Shown here one piece after another: positions 1-18,500 of a stretch of DNA of 64,000 nt. The DNA lies in contig CM035360.1 in the NCBI GenBank assembly GCA_020137815.1, positions 6,758,001-6,822,000 of the forward strand, read 5' to 3'. The stretch is from Hormiphora californensis. Lineage: Eukaryota > Animalia > Ctenophora. Within the stretch, counting starts at the first letter, position 1; the number at the start of each line of letters is the position of its first letter. Below the pieces are notes generated by a model. It made no database searches. It had not been told where the DNA came from and was given only the letters and a program-made list of their open reading frames with translations. Position numbers and translations under genes: made by a program.

Positions 1-225
1 CATTCCACAGCACAGGATTACTCAGGGAAAACCCCTAAGTTAAGAAACGGAGAAATATAAGCATGAAAGATAGAGAGAAAAAGAGAGAGAGGGAGATAGG
101 GGGCCGGAGAGAGAGAGAGAGGTTTGGATGCGTCATGAGAAAATTGTGGGAGAAGAGAGGGGAAAATATAGTTCTAAGGGAAGAGAGATGGGATGGAACA
201 ATTTAATCTCGTATAACATATTCAC

Positions 226-3200
226 CTGCTTAGATTGAGTAAGTCGTTTCGCAATGGCCTTACGCATCCCTGTTAGTGGGATCTCTACGTATGCACCATC
301 AGCACTGGCAACAGGTGCAGGAGCAGCGGGTGCAGGAGCAGCGGGTGTAGGTGCCACTGCGGCAACAGGGGCTGCTGCTGCGGGGACAACATTCTCAATA
401 TCAGCAGCCCTAATCACACCATCGGGACCGGATCCTTGGAGCTGCTGCAGGGGGGATGGAGTTGAAGGGAAGAGAAATATTGATCTGTAGCTGTTCGGAA
501 GAAGAGATGTAGAGAAGGGAAGAGGGATTTGGAATGGTGGGAGATGGAGAAGGGAGGTATAAGAGACAGGGAGAGGGAAAGAGAGAACACCAGAGTTAGG
601 TATTGGGCAATGCAATATATGTTACCCAAATTCGAATGATTGCCTTCAAAATTTGTCTAGAATATGATACTTGTGACAAGAAATGATTGATATCTCTTCA
701 AATATAACTTCATTTTAATACTCTAGAACTTCATACGAATATTCATTGCTCAATAACAGTTGACAGTCTTTGGGCGGGGGAGAGTTCTTGATAAAAACCA
801 GCTGCTAATGTCTTTGCTACCCCTGTTTTTTGGACACCAACTCGTGCCTCGGTGCGATTCAACCACCCTCTCTCTCACTCTTTGGTGTTCTCCACTAATT
901 TGATTGCTAGATTTGACTTAATCCAATGTAATGAAGACGCCGTAAATACAACGAGAAAGAGAGAGGGGAGGGAAGGGAGCGAGAGGAGAGGGAGAATAGA
1001 TAGAGAAAGAGGGAGAAATAGAGAAAGAGGGTCGGTCGTTGGCTCGATAACATCTTCACTTAGTTTAGTAAAACAACAGCTCCTTTTATTTTTGCAACAA
1101 AACGCAAAATATTTTCCCTCTCTTTTTATCAAAGTACAGCTGATATATATATATATATATTACCTTCAAGTTTGATGCTGAGATTTTTTAGCAACTTAAC
1201 TATTTAACTTAACTTTTCTTCTATATCTGTATCTTGTCGCTTGAGAAATTTTCTCAAATGTCAACATTATTGGCTGGTATGTGTTTCTTTATTTCAGTTC
1301 GGGAGAAGAGTGGTTAATTGTCAAACTAAATTTCAACGTACAACTCAGTACTTAGTTTTCTTCATGATCTCTCCCACCCCAGATAAAATATTTCGTATGC
1401 GACCTGTCAACTCAAGTACCCATCATATTCTTATCATGTCCCAACCAATCACAACCTCTTCTTCTTTTTCTTCTAGACTGTATCCCCGACCTCGCGGATA
1501 ACTAACCATTCAGTTTTCTTCATATAATCTCCCAACCCAGATAAAATATTTCTTGAAGCGTATGCGACCTGTCAACTCAAGTACCCATCATATTCTTATC
1601 ATGTCCCAACCAATCCCAACATCTTCTTCTTTTCTTTTATCCCTTATTTTTCTTCTATCCACCTTGTTGCTAGGTAACTAACCGACCCACCTTGTTGCTA
1701 GACAACTAACCTCCCCACATTGTTGCTAGGTAACTAACCGCCCCACCTTGTTGCTAGGTAACTAACCGACCCACCTTGTTGCTAGGTAACTAACTGATCC
1801 ACCTTGTTGCTAGGTAACTAACCGACCCAGCTTGTTGCTAGGTAACTAGCCGACCCACCTTGTTGCTAGGTAACTAACCGACCCACTTTGTTGCTAGGTA
1901 ACTAACCTCCCCGCCTTGTTGCTAGGTAACTAACCAACCCACCTTGTTGCTAGGTAACTAACCAACCCACCTTGTTGCTAGGTAACTAACCGACCCACCT
2001 TGTTGCTAGGCAACTAACCTCCCCACCTCGTTGCTAGGTAACTAACCGACCCACCTTGTTGCTAGGTAACTAACCTCCCCACCTTGTTGCTAGATAACTA
2101 ACCGACCCACCTTGTTGCTAGGTAACTAACCGACCCACATTGTTGCTAGGTAACTAACCGCCCCACCTTGTTGCTAGGTAACTAACCTCCCCACCTTGTT
2201 GCTAGATAACTAACCGACCCACCTTGTTGCTAGGTAACTAACCGACCCACATTGTTGCTAGGTAACTAACCGCCCCACCTTGTTGCTAGGTAACATGGAT
2301 AACAACGCAACAGAACTCCAACTAACCCAGCCAGTAGAACGGACCCTCCAACACTACCTGCTAATTGGGTGGAACGTATTTGCAGCTATAGTCTCCCTAT
2401 CCGGTAACATCACCGTCCTCTCTGCCGCTATCCGGTACAGCGCCTTCAAACTGGATAAAGTAACGGTGTTGCTGATTTGCAACATTGCAATAGCTGACCT
2501 GGGGTTCACTATAACCTGTATTATACCCTCCATCTTCACAATATACTGGGAGGCACCTGTTATCGGGAGGTCCCTCTGTATTGTCTTTAACATCCTGGAT
2601 GAGATCTTCCTGGCTGTGGATATCTTCTTTGTCTGTGCCCTCAATATCTCCAAACTACTCTCCCTCATCTCCCCCCTGAGAAGCAGGTATAGACGAAGGA
2701 GCAGTGGGGTTGTTGCAGCTACCATGATATGGATCTTCGGAGCGTTCCTAGTCCAGGGTCTACCGAACCTTCTGTGTAACCCAATCTTCGCTTTTGATAG
2801 GGTCACATACCAGTGCAGCCTGCACATCATAGAAACCTGCCCCTGGGTCAATATCTACTACGGTGCTCTGGTCCTCTTTGGACCCTTCTTGGTTGTCTTG
2901 GTAACGACTATCTGGCTGATACTCCATGTCGTCACGGTGACGTCAACACGCCTCCAGAAACAGGGAATCCTCACTCTCATCCTGGTATCTGTCTCATTCT
3001 TCATCGCTAACATTCCGTTCTGTGGCCTGTTCGCCCTGGTTACCATCAACCACAACTTCATAGTCACCTCCCTCTCCTGGTTTCCTGACCTGAACCGGGC
3101 TGTTATCTACATTCTCAACATCAATATCATTGCCAACCCGTGTATCTACTACCTCTCCATTGCAAGCTTTAAAGAGTTCGTCCAGGGTAGTATTTGCAAC

Positions 3201-5739
3201 CAGCGGGATATAATGGTGGAGAGGTTCAGGAGTTATAATAACAACACCGTGACACGAGGGGAGGAGGAGATGGCACCCATTAGGGAGAGAACCCAGATTA
3301 TACCGAGAAGTGTCCGAGAGACAGTTTGATGTTCATGTTTCAATTTAAAAAAAGGACAGATTAGCCTTGCTCGATCGGTCGCGACCTTCAAAGACAGATA
3401 AATGATCGAGAGAGTGTTTTTAAAGATTTGTGAAAGAGAGACAATTCAAACAGATAATAATTAATTGCTGAGTGTGTATTATTTGTGTTTGCTGCGGAAA
3501 TATTGTTTACGTCAGTGCCAAAAATCAAAACCCCCTGTTTTACTCTTACCGTTAGATCGATTCCCTTCCTGGCGGCGAGGGCCCGGGCCATGGGACTGGC
3601 GAGGATTCTGGATCCACCGACAGAGGGGGCAGGAGGGGCTGCAGCTACTGGAGGAGGGGGCGCAGCAGCTACTGGAGCAGGTGGAGGGGGTGCAGCGGCT
3701 ACAGGGGCAGGAGCAGGAGGGGGAGGGGCAGCTGGTTCAGGCGCCGGGGCAGCTGAAACGAAGAGAAGGGTTATATTATAACCATGAATATTTAGGAAAT
3801 TCAAAGGGAAGCGATTCAAATGGTTACGTAACCATGGTTACGTAACCATTTGAATAGTTTCCCTTTGTTTTTCGCTCTTGGGTAACCAGTTCAGTGCAGT
3901 TGAGCACTCTTGGTGGGAGCTCCCCCTAGGTGTCTTCTACGTATAAATTTAGGAAAATCTCAAACTTTTGGAGCTTCCAATTTTCCTAGAATTTTATTTT
4001 CCAAAAATCTCCTAATTTGGAAAAATTTCGGATTATCATTTAACAATGGTCTCTTTCCTCCAGTGTGGAAAGGGTTATACAATTTGTCTATCCTTCAGCT
4101 ATATAAAGCCACCTCTGTTATAGTACCTAGAGTATTTAAAAAGTCACCAGTGGTTACCAGAGTATTTAAACACCATCCTACTAACCTGGTGCAGGTGCAG
4201 CAGCAGCAGCCTCGGGTTTATAGTCTGCAAATGCTGCAATATCTTCCTTGTTGGGCACAATCACACACACCGGCTGAGAAAGTGGGGGTTAGTGACCTCA
4301 GACCTAGCCTGACACAATAATATGAAATAGGGACACAAATTTTTTTAAATTTGAATGAGGGCCTAGACAACTAGCCACCACACACCGGTTGGACACAACG
4401 AGGAGCGTCATATTACCAGTTTAACATTAGGAGTACCACACTAACTTACCGTTCCCAGTTTAACATCAGGAGTACCACCAGGGATGAGAATCTTTGCAAG
4501 ATACCCGACCTCTGGAGCCTCAAAGTCCATGGTAGCCTTATCAGTTTCAATCTGGGCAAGAAGGTCACCCTCACCTAGCTCGTCTCCCTCAGCAGCAGAC
4601 CAGGTAACGATCGTTCCTAAAGAGGAAATGGTAATGTATGACATACTGCATAACCGAGGAATTTATCTGGTTTTGTGGTTCTGGTGTTTAGGACACATGG
4701 GGGAAATAAATCCTAGTTTTGAAAGTGAGATATATTTTCTGAGAAAGATTACATAACTAATTCAGCAGAATGCTCGAGTTTAATATCTCAAGGCGATAAT
4801 ATGTCACCCGATATGTCACATCGTTTTAGTCGCATTTAAATTATGTAACCCTTCAAAACCTCACTATTACATGATGGCATCTTTTGTTAATTCTTATTGG
4901 ATGAGGAGTCCTCACAAATGCATTTTGTTTCAAAATGACGTCAAAGAACGAGCACGCTCTGTGAGGGTTCGGTAGATCAAATAATTTTGTGAAACTTTGA
5001 GCTTTGGAATGTGGATAATGCTCGACTGTCGACACCTTGTGCAAAATATGATGCTCCTTTATAAACCCATTCCCTGCTCCTTTATAAAACCATATTTAAC
5101 CTACCAGCTTCCATTGTTGGCGAGAGGGCAGGCATATCAATCCTCCAGTGCTCGGGCAGGTTACTCATTTGTCGGACATGGGTGAAAACAATTCGAGGAA
5201 GTACCCTGTAGAAGAAATAATGAATTCATAACTACTGCAACTAGTCTATATTTTGTACTAGACAAAAAACATAAAAGGAGAAAAACAGAGGCCTCCATTA
5301 AAGCCATTCATGCTTTTAGTCTCAACTACAAAACAGCTTTGTCGTTGTTTTAAGTAAAACGATCCTGCAGCTTTAATTATTACTGCAGGTTTTAAAGAGC
5401 ATTCAAATGAGCCCTCTGTACTAGCACGTGCGTACTAAAAATATCATCTGGGGGAATGCCCTTCGAGCATAATTCACCCGGGCAGGGAAAAATCCGACTT
5501 TAATTTCCAGCTGTTTTGTAGTCGAGACTACTACAGATTTTAACGAGCATGAATTATTTTAATGGGGGCCTCTGCAGTACTAGCTGTATATACTGTGCAA
5601 CCAGGTAGTTATTGTGTGGAGTGTACCTTGCTGTAGCGGGTTGAGTTCGTCTGAGTGCCCCGGTGAGAGCTCGTGCAGATGGACCTCGGGCGACTTGAGG
5701 CGTCGTCCTCGCCAGTATCCTCGTTGCCCTTCGCAACAT
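226..5739 (-). CDS. DLAT: Pyruvate dehydrogenase E2 (dihydrolipoamide acetyltransferase), multi-exon, 3' part continues beyond the window start
   Basis: Mitochondrial presequence [11 protein letters not shown] (5739). Single lipoyl domain [11 protein letters not shown]|[24 protein letters not shown] (exons ~5101-5205, ~4450-4616). Ala/Pro linker, E3/E1-binding [16 protein letters not shown]|QLQGSGPDG, then the catalytic-domain start [14 protein letters not shown] (226-442). GT-AG boundaries. Confidence 0.95.
1355..1635. repeat. Two-copy direct duplication of a ~120-bp block
   Basis: gttttcttcat...cccagataaaatatt..cgtatgcgacctgtcaactcaagtacccatcatattcttatcatgtcccaaccaatc occurs at ~1355 and ~1513. 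Confidence 0.85.
1659..2294 (+). repeat. 28-bp minisatellite, ~23 copies (ccaccttgttgctaggtaactaaccgac), ending at the GPCR start codon
   Basis: Directly visible. The last copy reads ttgttgctagGTAAC-ATG. Confidence 0.97.
2295..3329 (+). CDS. Intronless rhodopsin-class (class A) GPCR nested antisense in a DLAT intron
   Basis: Seven hydrophobic segments with TM1 GN, TM2 NIAIADL, TM3 Cys, TM4 W, TM6 FIANIP and TM7 NPCIY. The DRY motif is replaced by SKL. ATG at 2295. Confidence 0.92.
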   Translation: MDNNATELQLTQPVERTLQHYLLIGWNVFAAIVSLSGNITVLSAAIRYSAFKLDKVTVLLICNIAIADLGFTITCIIPSIFTIYWEAPVIGRSLCIVFNILDEIFLAVDIFFVCALNISKLLSLISPLRSRYRRRSSGVVAATMIWIFGAFLVQGLPNLLCNPIFAFDRVTYQCSLHIIETCPWVNIYYGALVLFGPFLVVLVTTIWLILHVVTVTSTRLQKQGILTLILVSVSFFIANIPFCGLFALVTINHNFIVTSLSWFPDLNRAVIYILNINIIANPCIYYLSIASFKEFVQGSICNQRDIMVERFRSYNNNTVTRGEEEMAPIRERTQIIPRSVRETV

Positions 5740-5745
5740 GGCCTA

Positions 5746-6836
5746 TATGGTCATTTTTTTTTTAACTTGTGCAAAATTTTTTCCGAAAATGACATAAGTT
5801 CAGTTTTTCCAACGAATATTATATGTAAAAGTGTATAGGGAATAGATTTACAGGCAAAATAAATTAAAAACTCATCTCGTGAGGTGCCGGTGACCATGTT
5901 TGCAAAAGCGTGTGCCATTCCGTCAAATTTAAAAATTTTTTCCTAAAATTTTCGAAAATATGCTGAAAAATGTCCAATATAAACACCTTTAAAATATGTA
6001 AGCAAACTTACTCAATCTATGAGGTGCAACCGGTGTTTAAAGTTACACTGTATACTTACAGCTACTTTTAAGCCCGTAGCACCTCACGTTTCACGACTTT
6101 TCCTAGCTAGATACTTGCAGTATACTCAAAACCATCATTTGTACCAAAAAAGTTCCAAAAATTTTGCTCAATGAGTGAGGTGCACCCAAAAAACTGTATT
6201 TTCTTCAAACGCTAATTGCACCTCACTCAGTGAGTATATAGTTCTAAAAGTGGCCTTAATTTGCTCATATGACATCCCCAAACACTACCTAATCGATTCC
6301 AAGGTCATTGCTCAACCTGTGAGGTGCACTGGAGAAGTAGGTAAAATATGTCATTTTTTGAGGGTCTGCACCTCACTCGCTGAGTAATTTTTAGAGCAAA
6401 TTTTCGGTAAATCAGGAGGGAAATTGTCTAATCTTGCTTTATGCCAAGTTTCAATTCTTTATTTACTCATTTGACCCCTAGTGAGTAAACTTTTAGCTCT
6501 AAAATCAGCTTGCACCTCACCAAATGAGTAAATTTTTCCATGGTTTTCACCTCATCTGATGAGTGAGAAATATCCCCACCATTTCTGAAAGTTTGGAGAT
6601 TTTTGATCAAACGGTATTTCTACAAATCGGGGGCACCTCACGATAGCACCTCACGGCGTAGAAATGCTATAGCACCTCACTGGAGTAAGCTAGAGACTTC
6701 GTTCTTTCACTAAATTGAACTTTTAATATTTCTCGATTTTTTGAGGTGCTGAGTAAATTTCCAGTGGCCACAGCTATTTTGCTATGATCATTTGAAAAAA
6801 TTTGGTAGTTGCACAAGTTAAAAAAAAATGACCATA
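5746..6836. mobile_element. Non-autonomous TIR DNA transposon (~1.1 kb), TA target duplication
   Basis: TIR tatggtcatttttt..aacttgtgcaa / ttgcacaagttaaaa..atgaccata. Many internal cacctca/tgaggtg motifs. No transposase ORF. Confidence 0.85.
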
Positions 6837-6904
6837 TATCATAACGCAGAATGTCAGATAACAATTCATTTTTTATGAAGATGAAAATTGAAATGAATAT
6901 TGTA

Positions 6905-7077
6905 CAGTCGGACCCCGATTTAGGGGCCCCCGATTTAGTGGCACCCCGATTTAGGGACAGGATTTTTTTCCCCCGATATACGAAAATTAACATTATTTGA
7001 ACCCGATTTAGTGGACACCCCGATTTAGTGGACAAGAGTCTTTCCCCCGAGGTTGTCCCTAAATCGGGGTCCGACTG
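6905..7077. mobile_element. MITE, Tc1/mariner-pogo-like (CAGT ends, TA TSD)
   Basis: ta-cagtcggaccccgattta ... taaatcggggtccgactg-ta, with internal ccccgattta repeats. Same TIR as 12325-12495. Confidence 0.9.
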
Positions 7078-7586
7078 TATGAAGTGAGTTTGATTTTATT
7101 TTATCGAGGAAATGCAGGTTGAAGAATGTTGACAAGATCGGTTCAATAGTCAATTGAATCTTGCACGAATAATGCGTTTTTTGACAGGTTTCATCTTATA
7201 AAAGTATGTTTCACTAATGAATGAATCTCTACAATTTTACTTTTATGAATGAATCTCGTGACAATCGTGATTTGCACCTTCGTGATAAAAACGACAAGAG
7301 GTGCTTAGCTGTGTCGTAAAAATTAACCCATATATTTTACATTAATAAAGTGAATTATTTTTAAAATATTGCAACACACACGGCACTATAAAAATATTGG
7401 GAGCAACGTTCAAGTATTATATATCACTCAACCCCACGCAGCGCAATTTTACACGTAGCAAACAATAACATCTTTTACTTTCTCTCCCTCTCTATCTTTT
7501 TGTGTCTTTCTCTTTATTTCTTTTGATGTCACTCCCTTTCTCTCCCACTCTATTTCTAGTCTATGGTTAGTTTCTCTCCCCACATT

Positions 7587-8661
7587 TTATTGTCCCCCTC
7601 CCTGAGCTCCCTCCCTGACCTGCTCCACCAACTCAATCTCATCCACCGCATTAAGGTTCTGAGGTGCAGGGGGATCATCACTTGTTGCTGTCTGATGAAC
7701 CTGACAGGTCGGTACATTCATGAAGTCAACATGTCGAGATCTCAGCTCCTCCTTCTCCCAACTCATCGCAATGAAGGGACGCTGAACATAGAAGTAGGAT
7801 ACCTGTATACCACCCCGGGCCTTAACCTTCACTTTCTCCTTCATAGTCGGGAACCCCTCGATACCCAGTCTGATCTTGATGAGACCCTTATCTGCCAGGA
7901 CAGCTTTAGCGACCTCCCTGTTTTCCATGTATCTGAGGAACTTGGCTAGTTCGTTATTCTTCACAACCGAGAGTTGGTCCTCCCCTATTTGAGGGGGGTA
8001 CTCCGGGTCCCACTCAACAACATCTTCCTCCTTCAAACAAACAATATGGCACTCTCGTTCCCCCTTCATAGCACACTCAGCCATCACGCTGACAATATCC
8101 TCCTTTAGGAACTTTTTAAACTTCTTCCTCGCGCCATCATTGGATAATTCATTCATGAAGGAGGCCAGGTTTTTAGCAGTCACAGTAGTGGTATTGAAGG
8201 GGATGAGGAAGAAATCACACGCCTCCTTAATCTCATACATATTCATGGTAAAGGGGACGTTAATGATGTTATCAGTATAATATCCCAGTATAGCCCGGAA
8301 CACCTCAGGACTAACACTCTCCAACTTTATCTCCCCACTCTCATTCTCGTGTGTAAACCGGGACATGTTCTTGCCAAACATCCCGCCCAACATGGTCTTA
8401 GGATGGACCATTAGGGTGGCACGGTACAACAAGAACCGCACATTCCCCACCAGGATAGTGATTGTATCTGGGTTGGATTTGAGTCCCGGGAATGTCTCAT
8501 CCTCCTCCTAGAGGTCCCTCCCTGCCACTGATCATGTTCACCAGGATGGTCCCCTCGGTAGTGGATATCCGTAGGGAGGAGCGGACACCCCCTCCACTTT
8601 GGAGGGAGAGGGCCCCACCACTCGTGTGGAGGTCTTCCGTGCTCTTACGACGCAGTGCCAT
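7587..8661 (-). CDS. BTBD10/KCTD20-like BTB protein, 5' end uncertain
   Basis: ITILVGNVRF..HPKTMLGGMF, VFRAILGYY, EACDFFLIPF, GERECHIVCL..VEWDPEYPPQIGE, FLRYMENREVAK, IRLGIEGFPT, QRPFIAMSWEKEE. An upstream ATG at 8661 joins only through a 1-bp frameshift or a tiny intron near 8510. Confidence 0.85.
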
Positions 8662-9160
8662 TACCTCCCGTCATGCTAGAAGGGTGTTTGGAGTCGATAT
8701 AATTTGGGAATGGGTGATTCGAGTTGGTATAGTTTGAGAAGAGTTGATCGGAGAAAGAAGATTGAATGGTCAGGAGTCAGAGATACACTTGGGGGTGTCA
8801 TGGAACACGGTATTGAAACACAGTAGATTTAATTTCGTGTAAGTTATGATAAAACTCAAAACAATAAATAATCCAAACAATATAATACAAAGGGGAAGGG
8901 TACAAATATTATCTGATCTTATCGAATGTAAAAAAGTTGTGTCGTCAGAAACAAGGAAGCAGTGAGAAAGAGGGGAAATGAGACGTTGAGAGAAAGCAGG
9001 GAAAAGAAGGGGATTGAAATAGTGAGAGAAAGAAGGGGATTGAAATAGTGAGAGAAAGAAGGAAACAGGTTATTGAGAATAGAATGGAGAGAAAGAAGAA
9101 AACGGGAGATTGAGAATGGAGAGAGAGGGATTGAGAACGGAGAATCAGAGAGTCCTATCA

Positions 9161-15191
<6,031 letters not shown>

Positions 15192-15520
15192 GGCTGTCCT
15201 GAAAGTACTGCAGTGTGGGGATGTTGAAAATCAGAAACAATGATTGTATATGAGAGAGTCAATAATAACACGTTTTGATAGTTTGGCGAACATTTAATAT
15301 CGCACTCTTGATGAGCAATAAAAATAAATTTGACATAAAACACATCGCCAGCGCACGTGTGACATATCTCGTGGCAGTCAGTTCAAATAAAATTGATAAG
15401 TTAGGCAGTAGGTGACTCTTGTTCGACCTTCCTAGAAGGAGGGTTAGAAAATATAACAAGTGACTCTGATTCGTAATCTACTACTACTTGGTGGGTCCAT
15501 TAAAACATGAGAGAGGGTGG

Positions 15521-18500
15521 TTATGTTGATAACATGCCCTGAGCAGGTCTTGTCGAGAGGATGTTGTCCACCAGAGACCACCGTCCACTCTCAATCAGCT
15601 CGCTCCACTCCTGGGGGAGATAAGGGGTGAGTTAGGTAATGGAGAGGGAAGTTAGGTAATATGGAGGGGGAGTTAGGTTTTGTTGAACTTGTTCGGAGTT
15701 AGGTAATCTTGATCTTCTTACGAACATGTCGACATCCCGTCTTGGAGGTTCAATATAACGCATAAAATTACGTAAGTATAAAATGTTGCACCAAAGTGAT
15801 TATGGGAGTAGTCATGTTCTCTCTGTTGAGACAGGCTGTCACATGATATAATGTCTCGGGAGAATAATATTGCTCTAATAAAAAAGTTATAACTATGACC
15901 CCTTTTCGATTAGAGCAATATTATTCTCCAGCGAGACATAAGATCACGTGACAGAGCCTGATATTGGATAGCTGACATGTCTCATTCACCAGAATTTAGA
16001 TAAGCTACAGCAAAATGCAAATCATCGGATTATAGCCAGTGAATTAAGTGTCTCAAATCTCATTGGACAAGTATAGTTCTTGAGATTGCAACAATTCGTA
16101 GGAACTATCACACCATCGTGTACATATATGTTTGAAGGGGCCCTGCTGGGGTATTAGCCTGGCTACTACTGTAGGGGGACCCAAGTTACCAACTATACTA
16201 CCAGTTCATACCTTGTCGTATTTGAGGTACTCTGCATTCTGTTCCGCTACACTCACATCACCATGGGGCTCCGTCTCTATAGCTTCCGTGTACTGAAGAG
16301 AGGAGAGGGTTAAACGCATAATGTTAAATGTCCCTCATCTGGATAAACAATCTCAAACCAAACCATAAACTCCCCATAAACTAGAGACAATGCAATTATA
16401 TACAACTGTTTTGGTGACGGAGTCACCCCAGCCTACACTACCAGCCGCGCGGAGCACGGCAAACGAAGCCCGCGAAGGTGATGGCATCACCAAACAACTG
16501 TTCAGTGCTGATCCGTTGAATCTATGTACTCCATATCTACTTTCTATTCTCCCTCTAACCTCTTGTTGGTATTGTTGGACTTGTTGGTTGTAGTATTCCA
16601 TTTGCTGATGGTACTGTTGCCACGCATCACCGCCACCACCTCTGTTATTGTTGTTGAAGTTGTTGTTATTGTTGTAGTTGTTATTGTAGTTGTTGTGGCC
16701 GCCCCCGTACTGGGGATGGGAGTTATCATTAGATGGCTGCATTACCAGCAATCATAAATCTCCTATTTCCGGTGATATATTGTCTCTCTTCTTCTTCTCT
16801 CTCTCTCTCTCTCTCTCCCTCAGAACAAGAACAGATTGAACACAGATATACCTGGTTGTTATTGTTATGGTGGTAGTTGTTATTGTTGTTGTTATGATAC
16901 CCTCCTCCTCCGTGGTGATTGTTGTTGTTGTTACCATGGTAACCACGGTTATTGTTGTTATAGTTGTTGTCCCTGTTGTTGTCTCTGTTGTTCTGCCTGC
17001 GGAGTTTTATAACTTTATTAATAGTGAGCGGAGAATCTATTGAAGTGACTATTTTTAATTCATTTAACTTTTATCATAAATTCTGCAACACTTTTTGACC
17101 ACTTTAACAAGTTGGCGAGACGACACTAGAGGTAAGCTGCGAATCGTGCGAACATTGACAACTTAACTCTGACAACTGTCGTCTTTAATTTTCTTTGATA
17201 TATGATAGAGATTGTCTCGCGGGTGAAAATTTAATATATTGCAGTATTGTATTACTATATCTCGAGTGCATACTGCATATGCCTGGAGAGGACGAGGAAC
17301 TACATGCCCTGATCTCTGCACCAACTGAGAATGATCTACACAAAGCTATCAAGAGGGTACGGTTTTCTGCTTGTCTCATCCTCTTTTACTCTCCTAACAG
17401 CTCTACCTCACTCTTTCACTATCACTTTCTCTCTCTCCCTTTCTGTCTCTCTTGCCATCCCTCTCTTACCTTTTAATTTTTACCCGAATATGGCAGAACA
17501 TAGTTGATGTGTTGCAATTGCTGAAGACCTAACTCAACATTTCGCAATCTCAAGAAATAATAAATATTCTTTCTCCTGAGAGTGATTAAAATGTTGATAG
17601 GGTTCTTTTAAATTAACGGTGTTCATTAGTTGACTGCCATTTTGGCAGTGAAATTGTCGTAGTTATAGTTCATATCAATGGCGCTGTATGATTTACCTGA
17701 CTATTGGTAGGAAATTTAAACAATGTGTACTATGTGTATTGTGTACTATCATCAATATCATTGAACATTGCCCTCCTTCTGACTATATATTAAACTGACA
17801 TGTCTAGAGATTTGAATACCATTTATAATGGATTTGAATACTGCATTAGTTAAGTATCTAAGTGACCACTAAGCAGCGGACGTGATTTTTTGTATGCTAC
17901 AAAATATCTTGCTCAGATCTCATTATTCAGAACATAATATATTGAGGGAAACTTCTTTAGGAATTCTTTAAATTGTGATTTTCCGATTAAACAACCAATT
18001 CTCTCCTAACTAAGTAACCTTCCAAACCGTGAAGAACAAAACATGAGGTGCAGTATACTAACCCCTTTGGATACGCCTTGCAGACACGTATCCTGTTGCT
18101 TCCTAGTCCGTTGGCCTGGTTCATATTGGCAATGGCAGCCCTGGCATCATCCTCGTTGGTGAATCTGACAAACCCAAACCCTTTACTACCACCTGTGGGA
18201 GATAGTTATATTAGAACAAACCCAAACCCTTTACTACCACCTGTGGGAGAGAGTTATATTAGAACAAACCCAAACCCTTTACTACCACTGCACCTGTGGG
18301 AGAGAGTTAGTTATATTAGAACAAACCCAAACCCTTTACTACCACTGCACCTGTGGGAGAGAGATAGTTATATTAGAACAAACCCAAACCCTTTACTGCC
18401 ACCTGTGGGAGAGAGTTATATTAGAACAAACCCAAACCCTTTACTACCACCTGTGGGAGAGAGTTAGTTATATTAGAACAAACCCAAACCCTTTACTACC

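Noticed and set aside
3807-3863. Short intronic palindromes (also ~20917-20965 and ~37457-37503)
   Set aside because: Real but tiny. Most simply MITE remnants, with no evidence of function.
17279-17360. Short plus-strand MPGEDEELHALISAPTENDLHKAIKR followed by a GT inside a TRNAU1AP intron
   Set aside because: No downstream exon or homology could be supported.
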